DNA of 64,000 bases from the NCBI RefSeq assembly GCF_006345805.1, contig NC_043017.1:25234001-25298000 (forward strand), written 5' to 3'. Source of the stretch: Octopus sinensis. Taxonomy: Eukaryota. The position numbers and the translations under genes were made by a program. Under the pieces are notes generated by a model that was not told where the DNA came from, did no database searches, and was given only the letters and a program-made list of their open reading frames with translations. Numbering within the stretch: position 1 is the stretch's first letter; the number at the start of each line of letters is the position of its first letter. Below, one piece after another: positions 23,933-38,244 of this stretch.

Positions 23933-24797
23933 CAATGACCTTCGTACATTGGGCATCACAGAGGCTATGACGAAAGACTGAGACCTCTGGAGATATGCTG
24001 TGACTTCGAAGACCCAACAAATAAAGTGAGTTCATGGCTCGCAGGATGGCTTGCTGTGCCAACCTTGGTTCGTAGGGTGACCTGCTGTGCTTGAGGAGAC
24101 CTATTGAGTCAAGTACATCAACATCAAAATAAAAATCAAATGGATATTGTAGTTGTGATACCTGTGGTACGTAAAAGCAGCCACTACACTCTCGGAGTGG
24201 TTGGCGTTAGGAAGGGCATCCAGCTGTAGAAACACTGCCAAATCAAACCTGGCGCAAAGCCTGGCGCAGCCTCCTGGCTTCCCAGACCCCGGTTGAACCG
24301 TCCAACCCATGCTAGCCTGGAAAACGGACGTTAAACGATGATGATGATGATGATGATATATATATATATATATATAGCAATGACCTTCGTACATTGGGCA
24401 TCACAGAGGCTATGACGAAAGACTGAGACCTCTGGAGATATGCTGTGACTTCGAAGACCCAACAATAAAGTGAGTTCATGGCTCGCAGGATGGCTTGCTG
24501 TGCCAACCTTGGTTCGTAGGGTGACCTGCTGTGCTTGAGGAGACCTATTGAGTCAAGTACATCAACATCAAAATAAAAATCAAATGGATATTGTAGTTGT
24601 GATACCTGTGGTACGTAAAAGCAGCCACTACACTCTCGGAGTGGTTGGCGTTAGGAAGGGCATCCAGCTGTAGAAACACTGCCAAATCAAACCTGGCGCA
24701 AAGCCTGGCGCAGCCTCCTGGCTTCCCAGACCCCGGTTGAACCGTCCAACCCATGCTAGCCTGGAAAACGGACGTTAAACGATGATGATGATGATGA

Positions 24798-24800
<3 letters not shown>
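23931..24800 (+). repeat. Near-identical 445-bp tandem duplication of an RTE 3' fragment, bounded by (TA)n tracts
   Basis: Units start at 23931 and 24376. I see only a 1-nt indel and microsatellite length differences. Encodes NDLRTLGITEAMTKD*DLWRYAV (RTE ORF2 end). Confidence 0.9.
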
Positions 24801-24840
<40 letters not shown>

Positions 24841-25318
24841 CATACAGAGAGAGAGAGAGAATAGTTGTAGCTCGTCTATGGGGTTACCCTGGGTTTCACT
24901 TCCATACAGAGCTTAGCTTTACAGTGTTTTCTCAGGCCCTAGGTCTATGATCTCTCTAGCAAGAGTGTGCTTCTTTTTCAGATTTAATGGACGTTAAATC
25001 ATGATGATAATGATGATGATGATATGTGTATATGTGGGTTTCATTCATAAAGTTTGACCATTCCAGGAAAGTGATCACCAATGCAATCCAGTTTAATCCT
25101 CATCTTTCACTTGGGGAATTAGGAGTCCTTCATACTTCCATCTCTTCCTGTATATCTTAATTTCCTCATTTAGTACACTGTGTGCTTTACCGTGGGTAAT
25201 TCTATTACCAATTCCATGACAATTTCTAAATCATCGTAATCAACCATCTCTAGATTTGAAATTCTTGATGGCCAGATACTTAGATAGCTTGGCAACAGAC
25301 TGCATATACACCATTTGA

Positions 25319-25985
25319 TCTTTAGCATTTAAACAAGCAGCCATATGAGACTTTTAAGTTCAAACTGGCCAAATCCAGTTTCTCATGCTTCTTGCAATGT
25401 CATTCCTGCAATGTCCTCCTCCTCCACCACCACCACCACCACCCCTGTTCCCCTCATCCTCTCCTTCACTCGTCTCCTCCTCCTCCTCCTCTCCTGCTCC
25501 CCACCCATGCTCCCCTCATCACATCCTTCACTCATCGACTCCTCCTCCTCCTCCCCTCTGCTCCCCGCATCACCCCCCTCCTGCTCCCCACATCACCTCC
25601 TCCTCCTGCTCCCCCCGCATCACCTCTCTCCCCCCTCTTCCCCCCTCATCACCACGATCATCATCACCATCATCATCATCATTTAATGTCCATCTTCCAT
25701 GCTGGCATGGGTTGGACGGCTTGAGAGGAGTTGGCAAGCCAGAGGATTGCACCAATCTCCACCGTTTGTTTTGGCATAGGTTTTTTTCTTTTTTTCTCAT
25801 GACTGGATTTCCTTCCTAATGCCAACTACTTCACAGATTGGACTGGATGCCCCTTTTACATGGCACCAGCACTGGTGAGGTCTGCTCCGAAACCTCAAAG
25901 CCATAAGCTAATGCATGATTAATTCAAAAACAACACGAATAAATAAAGCATTACATTTGACAGAGAAATCTTGGATACGAAAGGA
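25319..25985. mobile_element. Degenerate piggyBac-like MITE interrupted by a (CCT)n/(CAT)n tract and an RTE tail
   Basis: Starts TCTTTAGCATTTAAAC; ends GCATTACATTTGACAGAG...AAAGGA|TTAA. Confidence 0.55.
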
Positions 25986-26361
25986 TTAAAGATGGGTAAT
26001 GGAAGTCAGCTCTGCCATTCTCTTGAGATTTTGTTCATTTTATCCGACATCAGCTTTAATGGAGACGAGCTAAATGAAGTTCACTGTAAACGCACACTCA
26101 CACAACGTTAAACAGAATTACATGGTTTGTGACAAGACCTGCCATTTGAATTATTAGTACAGTCCATCTAATGAACATCCGCTCAGTTTTAATCTAATTT
26201 CACCCGTAATGCATGGGTAGATCGAAGGCTGTGGTAGAAGACGCTTGCCTAAGGTTCCACTCAGTAGAAACAAAATCCTATATTGTTGAACAAATTTCTT
26301 ATCCATTCAATTATGTAAGGGAACACAACACACGCAACACATACACATGCATATATACACA

Positions 26362-26398
<37 letters not shown>

Positions 26399-26679
26399 TC
26401 GTATATTTTCATTTGTCTTGCTTATTTTTACGCTTCGGTTTGTGCTGAGATTTTTCTCGAGAACACATTCTTCATGGAAAATAGCGATTTTGATGTCTAT
26501 ATCTAGCATGTTGACCATCCACTTTTAGTGGTCAGTCCTTTAAATTTTGTATGTAAAAATATTTTAATCTTCGGATTTTTTTAATATGATGCTAGGCCAC
26601 TGGTTTTAATTGATTAATATCAATTTCTACTCTTATTCAATTTTATATATATATATATATCGTCGACGCATACTTTGCT

Positions 26680-27058
26680 TGCGAAGACATGTTGGGGCAA
26701 GCGAAATCGAAATCGAATTGAACCAGCCAGGATCCCTGGTCTGGTGGTACGTAAAAAGCACTATCTGACTCGTGGCCGATGCCAGCGCCGCCTCGACTGG
26801 CTTCCGTGCCGGTGGCACATAAAATACACCAATCCGACCGTGGCCGTTGCCAGCCTCGCCTGGCACCTGTGCAGGTGGCACGTAAAAAGCACCCACTACA
26901 CTCACGGAGTGGTTGGTGTTAGGAAGGGCATCCAGCTGTAGAAACATTGCCAGATAAGACTGGAGCCTGGTGCAGCCTTCTGGCTTCCCAGATCCCCGGT
27001 CGAACCGTCCAACCCATGCTAGCATGGAGAATGGACGTTAAACGATGATGATGATGAT
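26680..27058 (+). mobile_element. RTE LINE 3'UTR with VNTR units
   Basis: Family match with (GAT)n tail. Confidence 0.8.
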
Positions 27059-28388
27059 ATGTATGTATGTATAAGCTACAAGCCACATTCATCCATGTAT
27101 ATGCATATGACTAATTCATTGACTGAAGAAGCTTTTGTGTTCAGCATTTCCTATCATGTTATCGCTACTGTATTGTATCTAACACTCGGCTCTCTAGAGC
27201 CCCATTGGTCAATAAACATTAGCAGCAACAAAAAATTGATTGATGTCTGCTGTGTTCAGTTCAAAAGAAGTCTCAGGTCACCTTGATCTCAGCTTTTTGA
27301 TAAAGTGAAAGTCAATGCTTGTGTGTGTGTGTTGTCATTATTTTCGATGTCTATTTTTCCATGCTTGCATGGGTCAGATGGAATTTATTGCGGTAGATTC
27401 TCTACAACCTGGATGCTCTTCCTGTCACCAACCCTCTCCTGTTTCCAGACAGGGTAATATATTCCCATGGTCGGACACATGCTTCATAGAAGACTGGTTT
27501 ATTACAACCGTCATGGGATGTTAAGACATAATTCTCTCTCTCACACATATATGAGTGCATGTGCATGCATGTACACACACAGACACACACACACACATCT
27601 AAAGGCGGCGAGCTGGCAGAAACGTTAGCACGCCGGGCGAAATGCGTAGCCGTATTTCATCTGCCGTTACATTCTGAGTTCAAATTCCGCCGAGGTCAAC
27701 TTTGCCTTTCGTCCTTTCGGGGTCAATAAATTAAGTACCAGCTAAGTACTGGGGTCGATGTAATCGACTTAATCCCTTTGTCTGTCCTTGTTTGTCCCCT
27801 CTATGTTTAGCCCCTTGTGGGTAGTAAAGAAATATATATGTATGTATATAGAAGCACTTTTCGAGTGTTGGGCCTCACGGAGGCAATGATGAATGACTGG
27901 GATCTTTGGCATTATACTGTGCTCAACTAGAAGACCCATCAAGCCAAGTAAAATCGTAGTCGTGATAGATATTGGTGTGACGCAAATGGCACCCATGCTG
28001 GTGGCATGTAAAAGCACCTATTACACTCTTGGAGTGGTTGGCATTAAGAAGGGCATCCAGCCATAGAAACCCTGCTAAATCAGACCAGAGTCTGGTGCAG
28101 CCTTTCAGCTTGCCAGCCTTGGTCAAACTGTTACAACAACCCCATGCCAACATGATAATGATGACTGTATATATATATATTATATGATAATATATATATA
28201 TCTTATTAAACTTTTAATACTTTTGAATATATATTTAAAATAGTATAATTAAATTAATTTAATGTATTGCTTAATGTTTTCATGTTTGATGCCTAATAGT
28301 GGTATCTAATTTAATATAATATATTTATACTATAAAATTAGATTAATCCTAATCTTATTTTTCCCTGTAGTTTGGTAGTTCCCTAATA

Positions 28389-28419
<31 letters not shown>

Positions 28420-28669
28420 AGATATTTTTATATATAGGGAGAGTTTACGAAATAACAAAAGACGAAGACAGTGTACAAACAAACAGAGTCTTAATATAAC
28501 GCTCAGGAATAGAAAGTCTTTTACATTCGAGCCTACGCTCTTCTACAGAAAGGGACACAGAAAAAACAAGGAGAGAAAAAATATATAATGTTATAATGTA
28601 AACCATAAGTCTAGTGAAATAGAACTGTTCAGGGTTTCATGGCTGAAACATTTATTTTTACATTTTTTT

Positions 28670-29278
28670 TTTTTTAATGCAAAAAACTCACAAGTGGCAG
28701 AGCTTGGTCACAGGGTGCATTGTCACTCTGAAGAACCCAATTCTTTGCGCTCCACAGATCTGGTTGCTTTCACCAAATATCCTCCCTCAAACACTTGAAA
28801 ATGTCGTAGTAAAACTCTCGATTGCTGGTCTGGCCCTTTGGGGGCAAATTCTCAATGCACAGTACCACATTTTTCGGGGTGATGCTTGTGGTAGGTCTTC
28901 CAGATAGCTCATTGTCTTCCAGGGATATTCTTCTGCTTTTAAAGTTCCTATGCCACTGAAAACATTGTGTACAAGCCATTGCCTTGTCACTATAAGCTTG
29001 CTGAATTATGCTCAGTGTCTCTAGCAGACCTCCCAAGTTTAACGAAGTTTCATGTTGGTTCTTTATTCCAACTTCCTGTCCATGACAAAAATCGCAGACT
29101 ACAGCGTACACACGATCACAAAAGCACAAATTTCACAACTTTCGAAGTAAACACAGCAATGTCACTCAACACACAGCCTCATGAATGTAACTGCTAGCTC
29201 TCACTGGGCACACAACCACATGCTGCCATCTGTTGGCACGCTACAGAACTAGTCCAGGAGTTTTTTGATACCACCTTG
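28670..29278 (-). mobile_element. Internally deleted mariner transposon (Mos1-like DD34D type)
   Basis: TIR end CCAGGAGTTTTTTGATACCACCTTG|TA. Minus strand gives ETLSIIQQAYSDKAMACTQCFQWHRNFKSRRISLEDNELSGRP (HTH), then GQTSNREFY...KNWVLQSDNAPC. Confidence 0.8.
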
Positions 29279-29327
29279 TATCTTAATAAACGAAAGATAT
29301 GTGATTTAATGTAGTTCTAGATGCTCA

Positions 29328-29700
29328 GTCGTGGAGGTGCAATGGCCCAGTGGTTAGGGCAGCGGACTCGCGGTCATAGGATCGCGGTTTCGATTCCCAG
29401 ACCGGGCGTTGTGAGTGTTTATTGAGCCAAAACACCTAAAGCTCCACGCGGCTCCAGCAGGGGATGGTGGTGATCCCTGCTGTACTCTTTCACCACAACT
29501 TTCTCTCACTCTTACTTCCTGCTTCTGTTGTACCTGTATTTCAAAGGGCTGGCCTTGTCACGCTGAATATCCCCGAGAACTACGTTAAGGGTACACGTGT
29601 CTTTGGAGTGCTCAGCCACTTACACGTTAATTTCACGAGCAGGCTGTTCCGTTGATTCGGATCAACCGTAACTCTCGTCGTCGTAACCGACGGAGTGCTT
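29328..29700 (+). mobile_element. tRNA-headed SINE family C
   Basis: A box TGGCCCAGTGGTTAGG and B box GGTTTCGATTCCC. Related pieces at 40525, 17000, 42285 and 47585 (-). Confidence 0.8.
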
Positions 29701-30599
29701 CCAAAAAGATGCTCAGTGGCTGTCTGAAATAAAGCAAAAATATCTCTGTTTGTTTCAGTCAGACACTGTAACTATGATTACATTAACCAGTGTTTTAAAT
29801 AGAAAACTCCAGAGCAGTGACATTGAAGCTTGAAACAAGTGGATTATTATCTCTTCTATTTATGTATTCTCTGCGGGTCATGAGTCAGTAAAATAAAATA
29901 GCAGTTTAACCACTGGCACTCGACGAAATCTTGCTGGCCTTGTGCTTAGATTAGAAATACTTGTTGTTGTTGTTATTGTTTGCAAAGCAAAGTCTGATGT
30001 GGGAGAGAAACCAATGATTCTGGCTGTGGAACAAACAAATCAGAGCTGGTGAAAATTTTTCCTCCGTTGTTCCATGATTAATGGTAACCGAACCATAGGT
30101 AGGCTGAAAATAACTTCCAATAAGTTAGTTAGCTATTTTTTCTTCTGGTATCTATGAGAGATAAAAAAAAAAAACGAACACAAACAAACAAACAAACAAA
30201 CAAGCAAAAAAAAATGATAGAGACCAAGAGTGCTAGATAGATAGAAAGAGAGATAGGTAGAGTGAGAAAGCGAGGTGGTTCGTGGAAAAATTGATTAAAA
30301 GTTAAGGAGTGTGAAGAAAGAGATGTGTCCTGTCTGTTAGTCAGTAAGGTAGAAGAAAATAAAAAAAAATAGTTGTGGCATTCACGTGGCTTGGCATCTT
30401 GGTCTGGACTTTGATGATGCATTTTGTCAGCTGCGTTAGATTTGCAACTAGAATCTAGAAATGTCAGTTTAATAAGATTTATTGCATTGATGGTATTTAG
30501 TGTTGGAAGATGTGTGGTAAAAAAAAAAAAAAAGATATAAAAATAGAAGTAAAATAAAAGTAAAACTCTAAGAAAAATAGATAAGAAAACAAAAACAAC

Positions 30600-30698
30600 A
30601 GGATATGGGAAATAGCAATATATATATATATACATACACACACACACATATATATATACATATATACACACACATACATACATTATATATATATATAT

Positions 30699-30730
<32 letters not shown>

Positions 30731-30791
30731 ATATACATACATATATATATATATACATACATACATATATATATATACACACACATACATT

Positions 30792-30826
<35 letters not shown>

Positions 30827-30958
30827 TATATATTGATACATACATACATATATATATACACATATACATACACACACTTACATGACATATATATATATAT
30901 TATATATATATATATATACACATATATATGCACACACATACACGTATATACACACACG

Positions 30959-30994
<36 letters not shown>

Positions 30995-31170
30995 CACACA
31001 TCTGCATGACATATACACATATACATATGCACACATACATACTCATACACACATATGCACATACACATATAACCAAAAAAAAAACAATAACTAAAAAAAA
31101 TACAAAAAAAAAGAAGCAGCAGCAAAAAGAAGCAACAACAACAACAGCAAGAGTACAGCAACAACAAGCA
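30600..31170. repeat. Compound (TA)n/(CA)n/(CATA)n microsatellite
   Basis: Directly visible low-complexity tract. Confidence 0.95.
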
Positions 31171-34100
31171 TCATGACAAGTGTTGAGTTCTTTCTCTTTT
31201 TTCGGTGTAAAGCGTTGGATAAACTGTGAAACATTGAAATATCAGCAGTTTTCTGCTTCATTTCTCATGAGTCAGCAGTCATCTAGTGGTAAATAATTAG
31301 CCTTATTGGCTTCACGCTGTTGTTGGTTTTGTTGTTGTTGTTTAACCCCCACCCCCCACCCCCCGGGCAAAACCTTCCCCCACCCACCCCCGCCGATTGA
31401 GCGTGCCTGTGATCAGTGGTGTTTCATCTAACATTCTTGAGTCTCTATTTGTATATCTGAGAAGTATTCTTTTACTCGTTTCAAGTCATTTGACTGTGGC
31501 CGTGCTGGAGCACCACCTTTAGTCGATCGAATCGACCCTTTCCCCCCCCAGGACTTATTCTTTGTAAGCCTAGTACGTATTTTATCGGTCTCCTTTGCTG
31601 AACCACTAAGCTGTGGGAATGTAAACACACCAGCATCGGTTGTCAAGTGACGGTGGTAGGGGACAAACACAGATACACAAACACACACACATACATACAC
31701 GCAGACACACACACACATACAACGGGCTTCTTTTAGTTTCCGTCTACCAAATCCACTCACAAAGCTTTGGTCGGCCCGAGGCTATAGTAGAAGACACTTG
31801 CCCAAGGTGCCACGCAGTGGGACTGAACCCAGAATCATGTGGTTGGGATGCAAGCTTCTTACTACACAGCCACTCCATTTTGATATCGCACTTCAACAGA
31901 AATACGTTCCCCTTGTGAAGGCGCATGGCTCAGTGGTTAGTGTGTCAGGTTCATGGTCATGAGGAAGTGAGCTCAATTCTGGGACCAGGTTGTGTGTTGT
32001 CTTCTTGAGCAAGACACTTTATTTCACATTGCTCCAGTTCACTCAGCTTTCTCTTGGACAACATCAGTGACATGCAGGGAGGAGGCTGGTATGTATGGGT
32101 GACTGCTGGTCTTGGAGAGGGTGACTGCTGGACTTGTGCCTTGGAGAGTGTCTTTCTAAGTGCAAATTCTTCTGTTTTACGTTCCGAGTTCAAATTCCAC
32201 CGAGGTCGACTTTGCCTTTCATCCTTTCGAGGTCAATAAACACTGGAGTTGATGCAATTGACTAGTCCCTGCCTCCAAAATTTTAGGCCTTGTACCTTTA
32301 GCAGAAAAAATTATTAAGATGAATGTTTAGAACATGAACGAACCTGAAATTTCAATGGAAAGTTTTAGTTTAAATCACTTCAAGACAATGAGTTTGTATC
32401 ATAGAACCAAGAGTGAGTGGTCTTACATGGGTTGGTATCAAAAGAGTTAAGAAAGAAGGTTAATTTGAAGAGGATTTGGCTGCAATTTCTAGCTGTCACG
32501 TACAGGCTCCCTTGTTGGCTTGTGCAGTTGATGGTTTATTGTAGTGGTGAAAAAGTTTTTGTTGTTGTTTTCAGGTCCTCTTAAAAGTGTTTCTGCTAAA
32601 GGCACAAGCCCTGAAATTTGGCGGTAGGAGTATATTTGATGACATTGACCCTAGTTATCGACAGGTACTTATTTTATCGATCCCAAAAAGATGAAAGCCA
32701 AAGTGGACCTGAGTGGCAGTTGAACTTAGAACGTAAAGCTATAAGGTGTTACTCAAGCTCTGAATTATGAGTCCATTGCGTTTTACAGCCGAAACAGCTG
32801 TAAGCTAATGGAGCTCATAAAATAATCGTTTGTTCATTTACTCCTTTGTCATCTCAAAGCCTTGTGAGTGTGGATTTGGTAGGCGGAAACTGAAAGAAGC
32901 CTGTCTGTGTGCATGTCTTTGTGTCTGTTTGTACCCCCCCCCCCACATCACTGCTTGACCACCGGTGTTGGTGTGTTTATGTCCCTGTAACTTAGCAGTT
33001 CAGTGAAAAAGACTGACAGAATAAGTATTAGACTTTAGAAAGAAAAGTCCTGGGGGTCGGTTTGTTTGACTAAAAAAGCCTTCAAGTTGGTGCTCCAGTA
33101 TGGCTGCAGTCAAATGACTGAAACAAGTAATAAAAAATAGAAGAATAGGTGCAGGAGTGGCTGTGTGGTAAGTAGCTTGTTTACCAACCACCTGGTTCCG
33201 GGTTCAGTTCCCCTGCATGGCACCTTGGGCTAGGTTAGGGTTAAGACAATCTTCTACTATAGCCTCGGACCGACCAAAGTCTTGTGAGTGGATTTGGTAG
33301 ATAGAAACTGAAAGAAGCCTGTCATATGTGTGTGTGTGTATGTATTTGTGTGCCTGTTTGTCCCACCTCCCCAACTGATGCCGGTGTATTTATGCCCCTG
33401 TAACTTAGCGGTTCGGCAAAAGACTCCGATAGAATAAGTATTAGGCTTACAAAGAATAAGTCCTGTAGTTGATTTGTTTGACTAAAAGCGGTGCACCAGC
33501 ATGGCCACAGTCAAATATGTCTGAAACAAATAAAAGAGTAAAAGAATATGTGTGTATCTCCTTATCTCAACATCACATGGGAGTTGTAAACGAGCGTCAC
33601 TGTCATACAAGCAGTGTCATTCATTTCCAATATTCTGTGAAAAACATGTCTAACCATGGGGGAAATATTATTTTTTACTTGGAAACAGGTGAGGGTTGGC
33701 CACAGCGTAGGTTATTGGGTTATAGAGAAAAAATTTTGCAACAATAAGCTCTGACCAACCCACGCAAACATAACAAAATGGACATTAAAACTATGACGAT
33801 AACGGTGACAAAGGGTGTATTTCAGCAGAAATATGGTAACAAAAGGGGTTAAGATGGCAGGGCATGATATGAAAGAAATTTGGCAGCTATATCCGGGAGA
33901 TTATGTGACATTTGATAACCGAGGTGGCCCGGTGTTGCTGGTGTTGGTGGGTTAGTGTGAAAGGCAATCTAAATTGGCTCTGTCTCTCAGAGTCTGAAGA
34001 TAACTTAAAAGAGAAATTTCCATTCTTGAAAGGTCTGATTTACAGCCGTGTCTCTTAGCTTACAATTTTCAAACAGTTGAGCTTTGCAGTTTTTTTCTAA

Positions 34101-34259
34101 GCTATTTATTTTTTATAATTTTTATTTTTTGGTTTTTCTAGAATATTCTGGCTAATGCTGATAAAGATGGACTTGTTTTATCTATATCGACTCCACATAG
34201 CAGCAGCAGCATTTTTGCTATTATTATTATTATTATTATTGTTGTTATTGTTGTTATTA

Positions 34260-34297
<38 letters not shown>

Positions 34298-34740
34298 GTT
34301 GTTGTTGTTATGATTATTATTATCATTATTGTTATTATTATTATTATTATTATTGTTGTTGTTGTTGTTATATTCTCTTTTGTCTCACTTCTCCCCCCTT
34401 TTTATTCTTTGCTTTTTTTTGTTTAGTTTTTATGATGTTAAACCAAGATTTTCACTTTTTTTCCAGTCTGTAAATTTCATCAAAGTTTCCATTTATAACA
34501 TGAACATTTTCATATGTATGTATGTATGTATGTATGTATGTGTGCTTGTATGTGTATATATGTGTGTGTATGTGTGAAGTATAGGTGGGGTTTTTAATGT
34601 TGCCCCCTCCAAAAAAATTTAAATAAAACATTCACAGACAAGATATTTGTGCATATATATATGTGTGTGTATTGCATATATAAATGAATATATGCATACA
34701 CATATCATATATGATCTTGGAATACTTGATAACATTTTAT

Positions 34741-34788
<48 letters not shown>

Positions 34789-36107
34789 CACACAAACTCA
34801 CATCATATAATTTTTTTGTTGGTTACAGTTATTTTACTTGTTTTTTTTTCCTTTTATTCTTCATAACATACCCAGCTTCCTACACCCTGCTTTCATAATG
34901 TATTGATTATTATTATTATTAATATTATTAATATTATTATTATTATTTTTTTTTTTTTGATCTTGTATTAGTGTTATTTCTTTTTCCTTTTGTTTTCTAA
35001 AGAAATGAAAACACGAAACTGAGGGCGAGTGGGGTGGGGTGGGTGGAACAACCTGACACTAGCAGCTCATAATAAAAATAATGACGATGATGATGATAAT
35101 AATAATAATAGTAATAATAATAATAATAATAATAATTACATAAAAAAAATGATCTGTGTGTTCATGTTTATTCACAAAATAATATTAATCATGTTGCATT
35201 ATAAATATTATATATTCGTTCGCATACACCATATATGTTTTGATGTGCATGCATGTGTATATATATTTGTGTGTGTGTGTGTCTCTCGCTCTCTCTCTCT
35301 CTATATATATATATATATGTATATATATCTGTATGCATATCATCACCACCATCACTGCTACGATCATCATTGTTTAACGGCCATGTCCAATACTGGTATG
35401 GGTTTGGTCCAGGGACTGCATTGTGCTCTGCTGTCTTCTATGGCAAGGCTTCTACAGCTGGATGCCCTCCCTAATACCAATCACTTTACAGTGTTTTTAT
35501 GAGTGACTTTTACATGGCACCAGCATGAGTGGGGTCGCCATGCAGCTTTGCAAGATTGCAAAATCCCAAGAGACATGGTTTTATGCTTGGAGCTGAAGAG
35601 GTTAATGTATGAGAGAATGAATGAGCCTGAGTAGAACAGGTTTCTTGCTGTAGAGGTGCTGTAATGGCTACTCTCATTTTAAAAGAGAGGGTGGCTGTGA
35701 TTTGGTGGAACAGAGAAGAGAGGGAAAAAGTGATGATGGGATGTCTCTGGAACCCTACCTCTCCAGGTATCAGTATGAATGAAAGTGGAAGTGAATGGGG
35801 CGTAGAAGTGCTGAAAGTGTGGATACAGGTTGCAAGAGCGAATGAGTGGGGGAGGTGTGTGTGTGTGTGAATATAATGAACAGTGAACTAGCGTTGAGTG
35901 ATTAAGAAGAAGGGAAGAGTAGGTGACAACTGTAGAGAGTGGATAAGGATCAAGGTGTGGGTTAGGGTTAAGACAATAAAAAAAATGCCATTTTTTGATT
36001 GTCTTAATAACTGACGCGATGCTGGAGCAGATTTCCACCCTGACATCCAAAACTCAGAGTTTTATTATGGCAACTGAATAATTGTCACATATTATATTAC
36101 AGATATA

Positions 36108-36490
36108 TATAGGAGTGGCTGTGTGGTAAGTAGCTTGCTAACCAACCACATGGTTCTGGGTTCAGTCCCACTGCGTGGCATCTTGGGCAAGTGTCTTCTG
36201 CTATAGCCCCGGGCCGACCAATGCCTTGTGAGTGGATTTGGTAGGCGGAAACTGAAAGAAGCCTGTCGTATATATATGTGTGTGTGTGTTTGTCCCCTTA
36301 GCTTTGCTTGACAACCGATGCTGGTGTGTTTACATCCCTGTCACTTAGCGGTTCGGCAAAAGAGACCGATAGAATAAGTACTGGGCTTACAAAGAATAAG
36401 TCCCGGGGTCGATTTGTTCGACTAAAAGGTGGTGCTCCAGCATGGCCGCAGTCAAATGACTGAAACAAGTAAAAGAGTAAAAGAGTATAT
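36108..36490 (+). mobile_element. SINE family A, young subfamily
   Basis: Nearly identical to 1714-2125. Confidence 0.85.
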
Positions 36491-36517
36491 ATATATGTGT
36501 GTGTATGTGTGTGTTTG

Positions 36518-36552
<35 letters not shown>

Positions 36553-36943
36553 GAAATTCAGTTGAATTAGGTGCTTAGATTGAAGCACCAAGTCAGTCTG
36601 GTATTATCCGTACAACTCAAAGTAAGGTGAATATAATAAAAATAAACAACGGTCGGACTGCATTACTACTTGATATCCTGTTGGTAATTTTGATTATATA
36701 TATGTAGATGTGTTTTTATTCTTTTGCTTGTTTCAGTCATGTCTTGATATTATGTAATGGTTATAAATGAGAATGTTCACTTACAATCATCTGTGTAAAA
36801 TGTCTGGCGATGGGAAAATGTTAATTTCCTTGGAAACATGTGAGGATTGGCAACAGGAAGGGCATCCGGCTATAGAAAATCTGCCTCAATAATTGCTGTT
36901 TGGTCGATGCAAACATGGAAAAGTGTACATAAATGATGATGAT

Positions 36944-36984
<41 letters not shown>

Positions 36985-37354
36985 ATAATATTTGAAAACA
37001 GACCAGAGAGGCTTTGTAAGTTATGGAGAGAAAGCTACTATGGAAGACTCTTAGTATAATAATATATCATGATAATATATATTCTCCAATTTGAAGTGAC
37101 AATTTTTAAACACAAACAAATGACTGAAAAAATGTTGAGCTAACTATAGCCAGAATTGAGTCCACAAATCAACGCTTACACGGCTCCTTGCACATCCGAT
37201 CGGGCCAAATGCTCATCCATCAATTTCAGTCAAATTCAATGAATATATACTTAAACTGTCTAATACTACATATAATATTTATAAACAAACCAGAAAGGCT
37301 TTCTAAGTTACAGAGAGAAAGCTAGTATGGAAGACTCGTATAATAACAGTAAAA

Positions 37355-37652
37355 GCACTGTTCGAACGTGGCAGATGCCAGCGCCGCCTGACTGGCATCT
37401 GTGCCGGTGACACATAAAAGCACCAACTGATCGTGGCCGTTTGCCAGCCTACTCTGCCCCCTGTGCCGGTGGCATGTAAAAAGCACTCACTACACTCAAG
37501 GAGTGGTTGGTGTTAGGAAGGGCATCCAGCTGTAGAAACACTGCCAGATCAGACTGGAGCCTGGTGCAGCCTCCTGGCCTCCCAGATCCTGTCCAACCGT
37601 CCAACCCATGCTACCATGGAAAATGGACGTTAAACGATGATGATGATGATGA
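37355..37652 (+). mobile_element. RTE LINE 3'UTR
   Basis: VNTR units plus (GAT)n tail. Confidence 0.8.
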
Positions 37653-38198
37653 TATATATATAATTCATGGTTTACCTTGGTATAATCTTTTCTGAAAGTG
37701 TTGGGTGTAACGGTGATAGTGATGGTAATGCAGTGTTTTTGGCATTTGTGGTGATAGTTTTAGTGGTGGTGGTCACGAGTGTGAACCACTTTTAGTTGCG
37801 GTGGCTGATATAGAAATGGAGTGGCAGATGTGGAGATACTGGATAAGAAAGACTGCCATTCCAAACTTTATCTTTGCTGACTCGCCTCTTGGTTTGTGCA
37901 AGTTTGGGAGTTTTCTGCGGATATTGAAAGAAGAAGAAGAAGGGAGAGAGATGGAAAAGTGAGCGGGGAGGAGGCAAACGGAAACATAAAAATAACGGAA
38001 AGTGGGGGGTGGGGGTGGGGTTCAGAGTGGGAGCAGGATGGTTTGTTAAATAATCAAGAAAAAGAAAAGAGAAAATAGAATAAGAATCATCAAAATTCAT
38101 CCCATCTGCTTTCTGCCAAAGAGAGAAATTGATTGACAGATGAATTGAGAGGGAGTGAGTGAGATAGAAAGACAGAAATAGAGATAGTGAGGTAGCTG

Positions 38199-38244
<46 letters not shown>

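Noticed and set aside
25190-25290. Minus-strand peptide LEMVDYDDLEIVME resembling the TAK1 EEIDYKEIEVEE segment
   Set aside because: Wrong strand and downstream of the kinase exon; probably coincidental.
29328-29410. tRNA-like sequence with A and B boxes (also 9040-9128 and 40525-40610)
   Set aside because: These are SINE heads continuing into shared SINE bodies; no complete cloverleaf is supported.
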